This document shows, piece after piece, positions 1 through 10,694 of a stretch of 64,000 bases of DNA. The notes under the pieces are model-generated. The model ran no database searches. It worked only from the letters and a program-made list of their open reading frames with translations, and was not told where the DNA came from. Position numbers and translations under genes: made by a program. Position 1 is the first letter of the stretch. Every line of letters begins with the position of its first letter. Source of the DNA: Macrostomum hystrix (lineage: Eukaryota; Animalia; Platyhelminthes); assembly GCA_950097015.1 (NCBI GenBank), contig CATNEN010000001.1, positions 4,774,001 to 4,838,000 of the forward strand. Reading direction: 5' to 3'.

Positions 1-587
1 TACCTTTTGAGAGAGTCTCAAAGAGCTCACGATTTCATTATCGAAATTCTCCAAGGTTATAGTGTCTGAGTGGCTTAGTTATAACTATTGACACTAATAA
101 TCGGCCTTTACATAGCATCAAAGCGCAGAATTTATCCCTGTGATGCTAAGGATTGTTGCCTAGGTAAAATTCAGCCCCATAATTTTTCCTATCCTAGTTC
201 TATAGGCTGCATGACCTGCGTGTTCTCATCTGCTGGGCTGCCTGAGTACATCGACTAGATTACCAGAAGGTAATTTCTCTTCCCAATATCAAAGTTTCTG
301 CTCTGTCTCTATGCATTGTACAGTCCACAGTGAGTGCAATCAAATCTGCTCCTCCAAGAGTATTTTCTTCCCCAACGTTTCGTCCTCGTGTACGAAGCGC
401 TTCTGTTGAGCAGCCCACAACCCCACCCAGTTGCTAGGAGCTGGTAGTTAGGGCCGCAAAAATGCCTGTCCTGTCACATATTTTACAATTTAAGTGTCTA
501 ATTCCATCGCGCAATAACCCTAAAGCCTCAGAAAACAACCAGAAGCCGCGAGTAGCTAATAAAGACGAGCAAGACGAGCAAAAAGCA

Positions 588-2131
588 ATGTCCTCCGAAA
601 TTGACATTAACTCAAGCCAGGTGACTCCGGCTAATGCCGATGTACACAACATGTTTCTACGAGTGGGCGGCAAGCCCAAGACCGCTTCTGTTGTCATCGA
701 TGAGCAACAGAACCCCGACTCCGTGTACGCTCGAGCCACAGTCGGCAGCGCACTGGCACTTGCCATGTCGGAGGCGGCCGCTGGTCGTCCTGACGATCCA
801 ATCGAGTTTATCGCCCAGCGTCTCTTTAACTATCAGCGCACGGTGGAGCATTGCCGCGAACGCGACCAAGAGGTTGAACAGCTTCGTCAGATGCGCATTC
901 GCCAGCTGCAGGAGGAGGCCCGTCAGAAGGCCATCGCCGAGGAGCAACGGCTTCAGCGGGAGCGCGAAGAGCAGAGGCGTCGCGAGGAGCTGGAGCAGCT
1001 GAGGCAGTCAGTTCCTATGGAGGCTTTCATTTTGCCGGCGAAAAGAAGCGAGACACGAAACAAAACCGGCGCCACGCCGTTGCACACGGCCGTCAGATCG
1101 GGCTGCGATGCGGAGACTCTTCTAAAGATGCTTCACGAGGGGCATAATTTTTGCAACCGAGACGCGCAGGTGAGACAATTGCGTCATTTGCTCGTATTAG
1201 AGGTGAACTTTGAGAGTATAGGAAAGATAGGGTAAAAAAGAGAGAGAAAAAGTAGAAGGCTAGATTCCAAGAAAAATCTAGTAAGTCACCCAGAACAAAT
1301 AACAGATTTGTCTTCCCTGTCTCCACCATCGCCAAGGGCATGAACATTCGCGACGCGGCGCAAGCCAGCAAAAACGACGCCGTCGTCAAGGAGATCGACA
1401 GCCTAGTGATTCGCTGGATGCGCGAAGAGAAACTGGACCACCTGCGCTGGCTGCTGGCAAACGATTACGGCAGCACTTTTCCCAGCCTGAAGAAGGCCTT
1501 CGGACCGAAGCTGAAAGGCCTGCCAGAAGCTAGCAAGCGCATTGTGGACGCGGTGCCCCAATTCGAGGCGCGCTATCGAGAGCTGTGGAAACTCAGCGCG
1601 AAGGGCACGCGAGAACATCTCGAGCAGCACTGCGGCCAACTGCGGGAGCAGCAACACCTGGAGGATTTGTTCTCCCGCACCAGAGAGAATCTCTCAGCCC
1701 TGCACATTGCTCTGCTGTGCAAGAACCAGGAGGCGGCTCGCTATTTAGCCACGGAGCATCCGGATCTGATGCGAATGCCCGACCATTTCGGTCGCCTACC
1801 GTTGCACTACGCCCACGGAGCTGGTCAAAATTTTGTTGAAATCTTGCGCAACGCCGCGGGCAAGTCAAGCGAGGACGACTCGACTGTTCTGGATGCTTTC
1901 GGCTTCGCACCGAGCGTCTACGCCAAGCGATACGAACTTCTACCGGAGGCGCCGAACTACGGCAGCCCTGAACCACTTCCGGGTTCACGTGGTGGCGACG
2001 GCGACGAGGACGCCAACGGCGAGAGTGGCAATGGCGACGCCGAGGGCAGCGCCGAAGCTGACGGCGCCGAGGCTGGCGAATCAAAGGACGACAAATTGAC
2101 GCCCATCAATGAGGATGAAGGCGAAGATTAA
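588..2131 (+). CDS. Dpy-30 motif / coiled-coil / ankyrin-repeat protein; 2 exons: 588-1169, 1337-2131
   Basis: ATG at 588. YARATVGSALALAMSEAAAGRPDDPIEFIAQRLFNY matches the Dpy-30/RIIa-like dimerisation motif, followed by an E/R/Q-rich coiled coil and ankyrin motifs (GATPLHTAV, SALHIAL, GRLPLHYA). Phase-0 intron CAG|GTGAGA (1170) to AAG|GGC (1336) joins NRDAQ|GMNIRDAA. Stop TAA at 2131. Confidence 0.85.
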
Positions 2132-2379
2132 AGTTTTTTAACCATTAATTCGCAAATGGAACTACAAAAGTGTCTTTTTTAATCGCGTTTTATCCTATAT
2201 TATATTTAAACGAACTTAAACTTTACCAGTTCTGAATTTACTAGCTATAACCCAACAGGAGTGGTTTACGCCTATAAAAAGTTTTGCGCTTAAAGATTTT
2301 TCCACGAATATTGTGTTCTTTTGCTACTTTGTGACGGTTTCTGGCGTGAGTAGCTGCAGCTACGATACTGACTAGTTGT

Positions 2380-3180
2380 TTAGTTGTGAGCTCGGGTGAC
2401 CCTGTCCGTGAGCTGAACGTCTTGCAAGGATACTTGCGGGATGTCCCGGCCGGCCGCAGTAGTCGCTGATTCAGCATGAGAGAAGGCCGCGTCAGTTCGC
2501 GCCCAGGTCTCGTGATGTCGTCGCCGACGTCTGGCACAGGTCCACCGAGGTAGACTGACGGCACTTTGGGAGTCACTGGGGCAACACCGTCCTTGAGTCA
2601 CTGAGTCTCAACAGGAAGGTCGTGCGGCACTTGAGTTCCTCGGTCTTCTTTGCATTGATAGTGAGGCCGTCAAGCAGCCGTTGGTCGTCCGCGTCAGTTT
2701 TCGGGGTGTCGCCCGCACGAAGAGAAAAGGCGCGAGTGTATCACCCTGCAGCACCCCGGAGGTTGTGCAGAACATGTCCGCCGGTCCGTCTAGTATTACA
2801 AACGCTAAGTTTCTCGATTGCCAAGATAGCAGAGATCAGGTACTGCGGCAGGGAGCGAGTCGATATAGCCTTGACGAAGCCAGAAAACGCAAAGATAAGG
2901 CCGCAAAGTACCGGGCCGCACAGGCGAAAATTCTTTAAACATGAGCTTCGAAAAGCTTTGAAAACCTTCGCAGCGATGTAAGCCACATTCACCCTTCTTC
3001 CCGCACTGTACCCGCCTTCTTGTGAGCCAAATATATGTGAGCACGATTCCATATGACCCCCATATGTGCCCCCCGCTCAGAAAACGTCTTATCATGTGGG
3101 CCGCATTATTGGCGCCCCTTGTGACTCGCAGCACCTCGACGGGTCCATGCGTGCGAACTTTACGACGTTCTTGTTTCACC
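2380..3180 (-). mobile_element. Degenerate non-LTR retrotransposon (RTE-like) reverse transcriptase relic
   Basis: Minus-strand translation near 2720-2800 gives FVILDGPADMFCTTSGVLQGDTLAPFLFV (RT motif GVxQGDxLxPxLF). Downstream are GLTINAKKTE and YLGG in other frames. Frameshifted; boundaries approximate. Confidence 0.7.
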
Positions 3181-3850
3181 AAACTCTTTCATTAAACGGC
3201 ATTAAAACCATCTGGATGGTATCATAAACACGGGGGTGATAGTGAATTAATTAAAATTATCTTCGTTAGTTCTTAGCCTGATATGTATAAGATAGAAGTG
3301 ATTTCGTATTGCAAGCGATCTTCGATAACATACCTGTTGCTTCGGGAAGTGTGAAGAGTTTGCTAAAAAAAATATTGAACCAAAATAAAAAAGCACACTG
3401 GAAAAAATTCCTGAAGCACAATTCCATTTGGCTGAATCTACGAGTAAAAAAGTTGAGTAGATTCGACTCGCTGCCCCGAGTCATCCGGCTGAAATTTCAG
3501 TGTCCCCAACTGCCATGGATGTCGCGGTGTGGCAACTTGAAAAATCGTTATCAATGATTGACTGACAGCATGGTCATGAACAGAATCACTTGCAATGTGG
3601 AGACCGATGCAAAGTGAATTTCGATAGAACGAGTTTTTTCAGCACTGTCAGGATCGGTGACTCGCGAAACAAAGCTCGGGTAGGAATCGTTCGTTTGCTT
3701 TTGCGTTGCCAAGGAAACTTATTCCCCTACCCGATAATCAGCAGGGGCTTGCTGCATTCTATTGGACAGTGAAAATTGCATAAAATATTCCGAACAATCG
3801 CCAGGTCGCTCCCGCCAAGCCAGGACAGTGTAAATAAATAGTAGTTGAAA

Positions 3851-5314
3851 ATGAATTTCAAAGCAGTCTTTGTTGTGCTGTTAGTCCGCACAGTCGGTGA
3901 GTGTTGCAGTAGTTCTCAAATCTGTGCTCAATTTTTGTCTGCTCATGTTTAAGCCACTATTCTTACTCTGCATTTGTTTTTAGCGTCGGTTGCTGGCAAC
4001 TCGATCGGTTTAACAAGTCGCAAATACGAACTCGTTGCCAACGGTTCCATCCTGATTGACGGCTCGTTGAACTGCAGCCTGCTCAACGAATCCGGTATCC
4101 GCTCAGAGGGCGAGTGCCTGGCAAAGTGTGAGCAGAGAGGCTGCATTGTCGCGGTCGTGAATGAGCTCAGGCAAGTCTGCCACTTGGCGGTCATCAAGGA
4201 CATCCCTGCTGACCGTCAGAGGCCTGGGGACAGCAACTCGACGAATCTGCTGCTGACTGCCAATGGCACCACAAGGCTGTGGAAGACGGATTTCAAAATG
4301 CCTTCTATTCCTTCGGTGTTTCATGAGTTTCGAAGTGAGTGACAAATTATTCACAATCAAGGCTTATCTTGACAGAAATGCCAGAAAATCAAACTTTTTA
4401 CTCCAGACAGCAGCACTGGCAAGCTTGGAGTCGTCCGAAATTTAACCATCAATTTCACCGGCTGCTACCACATCCAGGCCTTCGGAGCCTCTGGGGGCTC
4501 TGTGCTCTCTGCAGTAGCAATCAGAGCAGGCAGGGGGGCATCAGCCGCTGGCAGCTTCCTTCTCTCCGCAGGCACCCGACTCGAAATTGTGGTTGGCCAG
4601 GCTGGCGAGCCTACCACGTGCAACTGCGGTACAGGCGGCGGCGGTGGCAGCTTCGTGTACGCCAGCAACGACAGTCCACGGTTGCTCCTGGCGGCCGGCG
4701 GAGGTGGCGGAATGGGCTCTACTCGCAGCGGTGAGTTCAGTATTTTGAGTAGGGGTTGAGTCACGTAGCGATAGCAGTCCAAGTCTACATTCACGATGTA
4801 CTAAGCCAATTTTGCTCTAGGCATGGATGGGAGCAGCGGTACCAACGGAACGGCCTCAAATACGTCAAATCCGCTCTTTATCGGCTGGGGCGGTAATGAT
4901 GGACAGCCGGGCCAGGTTGCGATCAACCAGAACTCAGATGCTCCAGTCCCCATCGGCGGCCCCGGAGCTGGTTGGAACGGCACCGGCATTCAGTCTAGTG
5001 AAACCTATTCTGGCCTAGCAGGGCTGAGCCGCAGCGGCGGATGGCTCGGGGGTGACAAACGCTTAGAATGCAGCACCGGCAACGGCGGCTTCGGTGGAGG
5101 CGGCGCCGGCGGAGGTAGCTGCGTCACTAGCAAATACGGCAGTGCCGGCGGTGGTGGAGGCTTCAGCGGCGGCGGCACAGGGTCTACCGTAGACAGTGGC
5201 GGAGGCGGCGGCGGCTCATTCTGCAGCGGGTTCGGTTGTGTCACCACCGCTGGCGCTAACCTTGAGTTACACGGCCGAGTGGTCCTAAATTCGACAGGAG
5301 CCGTGTGTGTGTGA
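3851..5314 (+). CDS. Secreted PAN/apple-like + ALK/LTK-type glycine-rich domain protein, copy 1; exons 3851-3896, 3984-4334, 4407-4730, 4821-5314
   Basis: Signal-peptide-like exon MNFKAVFVVLLVRTV. PAN-like C-x3-C-x4-C pattern (ECLAKCEQRGC...VCHL). GRD motifs GCYHIQAFGASGG, IVVGQAG, GGGGGSFV, LLLAAGGGGG, GGFGGGG, GGGGSF, HGRVVL. All three introns are GTGAGT...AG, phase 1, and keep frame. No TM or kinase domain. Confidence 0.85.
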
Positions 5315-5427
5315 AGCTTAGCACTGTCAGTGCCCACAGTTAGAATTTGAGCTAGAAACTAACAAAGACTGCAAGAACGAGTTTTAGACCCCGGCGTACC
5401 CCCTTAATACCACTCCGCACAAGTACA

Positions 5428-5628
5428 CACTGACCCCTCATACTCCTTCTCAGCCCTAGACACTGACCCCTCATACCCCTTCTCAGCCCTAGACACTGAC
5501 CCCTCATACCCCTTCTCAGCCCTAGACACTGACCCCTCATACCCCTTCTCAGCCCTAGACACTGACCCCTCATACCCCTTCTCAGCCCTAGACACTGACC
5601 CCTCATACCCCTTCTCAGCCCTAGACAC
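5428..5628. repeat. 33-bp minisatellite (CACTGACCCCTCATACCCCTTCTCAGCCCTAGA) x6
   Basis: Direct tandem copies visible. The duplicate locus (~12447-12520) has only about two diverged partial units. Confidence 0.95.
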
Positions 5629-7229
5629 CCCCACCGCTACACACCGAACCCTCATATACTCCTCCCCCTGCACACCAACAGTTGATGTAGGCCTAACATA
5701 TTTCTACAGACTAGATTAATTCAATAAAACATTTAAAGCCTAAATTTACAAGCTTTGATTTAAATCTGACACCAAATATTTTTCATTCAGCGAAAAGCGA
5801 ACTGACCTTATTATTTAGCATGACAATTACAAAAAAGTCACTGACTACTCTGACTGCGATTGACGTCTTCAATGACATCTTCAAGGACTTCAAAAGACGA
5901 CTACCAAATAACCAACAAAATTTTTTTTGTATAGGCTACCTATCTGATTGTCTTTGCAGAAAAGCCGCAGGCCGTGTGAGAAAGATAATTTTTATTATTT
6001 ACGCTCGTATAAGCAAACCAATGCATTACTGGCCGTAACATTTGTTAATGACGATGGCCAGCACCAGTACTTAACCTCCCCTACTAAACGCGATTATTGC
6101 AACGAAAAAATACTTATTATACGTTTAAATACAATCCAACTGAGGACAATGCACTGTCTTGCAAGTGTGTAAGTTATTGGAGGATCTTAAAGAATTTTCG
6201 TTTCACCATTTATGTGGAATGTACAAAGGCGTATTCTTAAACGGAGATTAGTTTTTTAACTTCATGTGACGATGGTTCGGATTCCATTGTTTCGAATTTG
6301 CACTGCACCTCGATTTGCACTGTGCATAGGGTTGTAATCCAGCAGCTTTTATGGAAAAATCTAACCTTCGGCCGTTAGATATCTCGACGGCCTGAAGGGC
6401 TGGTGACTTGGATCATTGTTTCAGAAGATGCGCAAAAAAGTTGGCCCGTGTTTTAGAGTTTCGTCTGCTTGCGTTGCTCCGTTCGGGTGCAGCAAATATG
6501 ATTGTTCGGGGGAGGAATTCTCCCTCGAAAAATGGACGCCAAAATGGCTCTGTAGTCCTATAATTAATTAAGAGATTTTTTACATATTGCACCTGCATGT
6601 TGGAGTGCTGGGCGTTTCTCTCTGCCTCCTCTATGCCATTTTGTGGGGTTCGCCTAAGAGGTCTCCGATCCACGCCTCAACACCATGTGCTGAGAAATCT
6701 CACATCCAGTTGTCTCGGATGATACGACCGAGACTAAGCAAAAGAGAACTACGCTCGTATTTTGAGATAAACAGTAAAACACAATACAAACGACAGAGAC
6801 CAAATGGGACATTCTTGCCAATGCTGCTAGCTGCTCTTTAATTTGCAATATTTTTTTTCCATTTCCCTTGATTGCATAATTTTCTAGACGCACAGCGCTG
6901 GGCGTGCAACAAATTATTTTTCAACTGTTCTTTCCACCTCGGACCAGGGACTACGAGTACTAAAACACTCGGGACGCGAAACGAGCAAAATAATGGTGAA
7001 AAAAGTTGGGGGCTGGTTTAAGTCTCTATGGGCGCCCAATTTTTCATGCATTAAATCCATTACGATCAGCTGAGCTGCTGAAAAGACTGAGGCCACAGTT
7101 CTATTATTTATTAAAATTATTAAAAGGTATAGAATGTTCTCTAAAAGGTTGTTAGTAATATTTACTAAATATGTTTTCTGTTGTCTTTGAGTAGTAAAAC
7201 ACGGCCGTACAGAGTACAATGACATACAT

Positions 7230-8990
7230 TTAAGCACGTGATCTTCCATTGGATTCAGTTTGCCAATCGTTGCGAATGCACTTCAGAATGTGAACAAAGT
7301 CAAAGATCATGTAAAATTTCGACACCTGCGCAGGATCCTTCCCAATCCATGGTGGTTCACTTCCATCGTTAAATAAGGCAAAGCATCGGCGATTGGCTGG
7401 GTGGTTGTCACAGACCAGAGCAACGACACGACCACCGTTTTGATTGATTGTTTTAATGCACTGGCTGACGTTCATTTTCAGAAACTCTGCCGTTAAGAGA
7501 TAGGTTGGAAGTAGCCGAATAACAAATGGTACTCCTCCAAATAGTGGCTTCACCATTATAGCCAGAATCGCGCGAGCTGCCTGGCTTGGGTCGTCAACAG
7601 ATCGTCCCAGAAGGTGGCGACAGCGGTAGCGAACTGACGGCTGAACATACATTTCGTCGAACATAACAACGCAGTTTCGCTGGATTTCAGACAGACTTGC
7701 AAACACCGTTTGAGTCACCTGTGCAGCGTCAGTTTCTGTTCCGACTTCCCCTGTGCCGGCAAGCTGCATGTGCAGTGTTCTGGGATGAGGCAATGGCAAC
7801 AGCTTCCTTATCTGGGAGTATGCCGAGCTACTGATCAAATATAGCAAGGCCGCTTGTCGCACCAGCGTGATGTCGTAGCGGCGATTGTTGGAACTGACTA
7901 GTGCAAGCCTCAGTTGCTGAATCAAAAACATTATCAATGGATCAATCCGGGATTCAAGCTCGGTATTTGCGGCCAAAGTACTCAGCATTTTCTTTACAAA
8001 TGCTGTTACCTCGTGTTGAACTTTAGAGTCGGAATTCTTGCAACGCACAATGACAGCATCCAATTGGGACCAATACTTTAGTGTCGGTTGAAATCCCAGC
8101 AAGTCGCGAATCAGAACAGCATCCAATTGGGACCAATACTTTAGTGTCGGTTGAAATCCCAGCAAGTCGCGAATCAGAACAGCATCCAATTGGGACCAAT
8201 ACTTTAGTGTCGGTTGAAATCCCAGCAAGTCGCGAATCAGAACAGCATCCAATTGGGACCAATACTTTAGTGTCGGTTGAAATCCCAGCAAGTCGCGAAT
8301 CAGAACAGCATCCAATTGGGACCAATACTTTAGTGTCGGTTGAAATCCCAGCAAGTCGCGAATCAGAACAGCATCCAATTGGGACCAATACTTTAGTGTC
8401 GGTTGAAATCCCAGCAAGTCTCGAATCAGAACAGGCGTGTGCATAATGAATGCGCGAGCGGAGAAGTTTGGGCCAATAAAAACTCGAACAGAAAGTTCTC
8501 CATCCGCATCTAACGAAAACAGGTAGACTTCTTCGCCAAGGATGGTGGCGATCAACGCATGCTGAGTCACAACTTCCGCGCCCTTGACAACCACTTAGAA
8601 CGTTTCCCATTCGGGCAAGACATCCAGCTGTCGAAATCCTTCCAGTTCATCTGCATCCACGTTCCTAGTGCCAGATGCCACACCTCGAATCTCTACTTGT
8701 CGATCACTGCCTGAAATTTACGCTCGTAGAGTTTTTGAGCGGTAGTCAATCATGATGAGCACGCAATCAAACAATAAATTTTCTGTTGCAATCTGCTTTT
8801 AGCTATGCGTACCTTGCGTCTGTATGAAGCACGAAGTGGGAAAGTTAGAGAAGACAGAAGGCGGATCTTTCGGTCTTTCATGTCGACCATTCTTCAACAT
8901 GGGGGTGTCGCTTGGCCAGTGCTTTTGGCAGATGCCCCATGTGTTCAGTCACTTTCTAGAATTGTAAATTTTATCATAGTCGTCATTTTT
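7230..8990 (-). mobile_element. Decayed THAP-domain / P-element-family (THAP9-like) transposase
   Basis: ORF 7230-8594 carries P-transposase motifs LPLPHPRTL, CVVMFDEMYVQP, VVALVCDNHPANR and FDFVHILKCIRNDW. Upstream (~8830-8960) is a frameshifted THAP-like end, KVTEHM/GICQKHW...RPKDPPSVF. Stops and frameshifts indicate a non-functional copy; it may extend down to ~6271. Confidence 0.8.
8053..8434. repeat. 63-bp in-frame tandem repeat x6 inside the transposase ORF
   Basis: Unit ACAGCATCCAATTGGGACC...GTCGCGAATCAGA, almost identical copies, encoding (VLIRDLLGFQPTLKYWSQLDA)n on the minus strand. Confidence 0.95.
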
Positions 8991-9226
8991 AATAATTAGT
9001 GATCCTGTCCTGAGTAAAGATGGGACAGGCGCTAATGAAATGCTCCGCATCCTCTACGTAGAAGAGGCAGAAAGGGCACTCCTCACCTTATAAGGCAGAA
9101 AATCGAGGCAGATTTTGCCTCGCAGGTAGCGATGCCAAGCGAAACAACCATGGCCACAGATTTCTACAGAGTTGAGACTGCCAACAACCGGCGCTGTTGA
9201 ACCATCTGTCATTGTGCTTTGAGGCC

Positions 9227-10009
9227 TCGCTGCACCTCTCGCTCCAGAACCACCTTGGACTGCAACACCCAGTTAAACGGTTTGGCGCAGTCTAACAAGG
9301 TGGAGCTGATGTGGATCCCTGGGCACGCCGGGCTCACAGGGAATGAGATGGCGGACGAGCTTGCAAAGGCTGGAGCAGCCAGCTCCCTGATGGGCCCGGG
9401 CCCGGAATCCCCGATCCCCGCCTCCGTTGTCAACTCCAGCATCAACCACTGGATGGAGACCCAGCACCGGAGGAGGTGGTCCAGCACCCTGAACTGTCGC
9501 CAGTCCAGGGCTGCGGTGCCAACCCCCTCTAGTAACCTGCGTAAGGCCTTACTCAGGCTAAACCGCAGAGACCTGAGAGCAGTCACCATGGCCCTTTCGG
9601 GACATGGCTGCTTCACCAGACACCGCTACCTCCAAGGCCACGTGCCTGAGGAAACGTGTCCTTTCTGCTGCTCCGGCCGTGAAAACGCCGAGCATTTCAT
9701 TTGCCACTGCCCGGCCTTCACCCGGGCTAGGCTAAAACACCTCGGGCCGGCACCGACTCTTGCCGAAGCCTGCTCGCCCGAGAACATCCCTCAGCTCGCC
9801 CACTTCCTCCGGGATACCGGCCGAGCTGATTTCTTCCCAGCCTATGGCGAGGAAGATCGCGCGGCGGAACCGACCGACGGACCACCCTGAGCGGCACCGC
9901 CTCGCTGGAGGCCGTCTGGCTGCCAGGGGTTAGCGATATGGGCGGCAACAGCCGCCTCCTCGCTGCGTCCGTCATGGAGGCCCCCTGCCGCTAAGTCAAA
10001 GTAAGTCAA
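9227..10009 (+). mobile_element. 5'-truncated non-LTR retrotransposon 3' end (RNase H + CCHC; LOA/R1/I-group-like) with 13-bp TSD
   Basis: [19 protein letters not shown] (RNase H C-terminal motif) and LSGHG...CPFC...[11 protein letters not shown] (C-terminal zinc knuckle); stop at 9890; short AAGTC-type tail. GTGCTTTGAGGCC is duplicated at 9214-9226 and 10010-10022. Confidence 0.9.
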
Positions 10010-10694
10010 GTGCTTTGAGGCCAGCCACTGGTTAATCCGAGTGGTAACGGCTGGGATAGGGTGGAGACTCCAACCCTAATGACTGACCTCCTCAGGGCCT
10101 TGCGAGCGAACTGCACAACGCCCGAGCAAGTCCGTGCGACATCATTGTAGCTCGTACATGCCATTATTGTGTCTGTACATACCGTTCGACAAGCATTTCA
10201 CAAAACGTAAAATTTTAATTGTCATCAAGTAGTACTCTGCTTGATAGGTATAAGATAAAAAAATAATATCGTATTGCAAGCTTTTTTTACGAGTTCCCAC
10301 ATCCTATCGCTTCGCGAATCGGCATAAATTTTTATGAATGACAGTGAAAAGTTCCTGAAGCACACTACCATGTGGTTCAATCTAAAAACGTTAAATAGAT
10401 TCGACTTACTGACAGCGTCATTCTGCTAAAATTTCTGTGTCTCCAACTCCCATAGATGTCACGGCATTGCAACTTGAAAAATCGCTACAAAATGATTGAC
10501 TGACAGCATGGTCTTGAACAGACTCACTTGCAAAGCTGTAAAGCAAAACCACTAGAAGCGCTTATTTAGACTAGATGTCTTGAAGTCTTTAGTCCAGAAG
10601 TCCTTGCTGTAGTGAACGATGCAACAACTATCTACGAGTAGACAAAACATGTTATTTTACCAGTGTCTGTATCTGACTGCAGAAAAAAAGAGGA

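Larger units (their letters stand above)
3676..6270. repeat. Direct segmental duplication, copy A (partner 10695-13018)
   Basis: Near-identical sequence at a constant 7019-nt offset through the gene. Homology continues downstream to AACTTCATGTGAC (6258-6270 / 13006-13018). Confidence 0.95.

Noticed and set aside
4465-5337. Proline-rich minus-strand ORFs over the glycine-rich genes (also 11484-12356 and 17820-18308)
   Set aside because: Antisense shadows of GGC-rich coding sequence.
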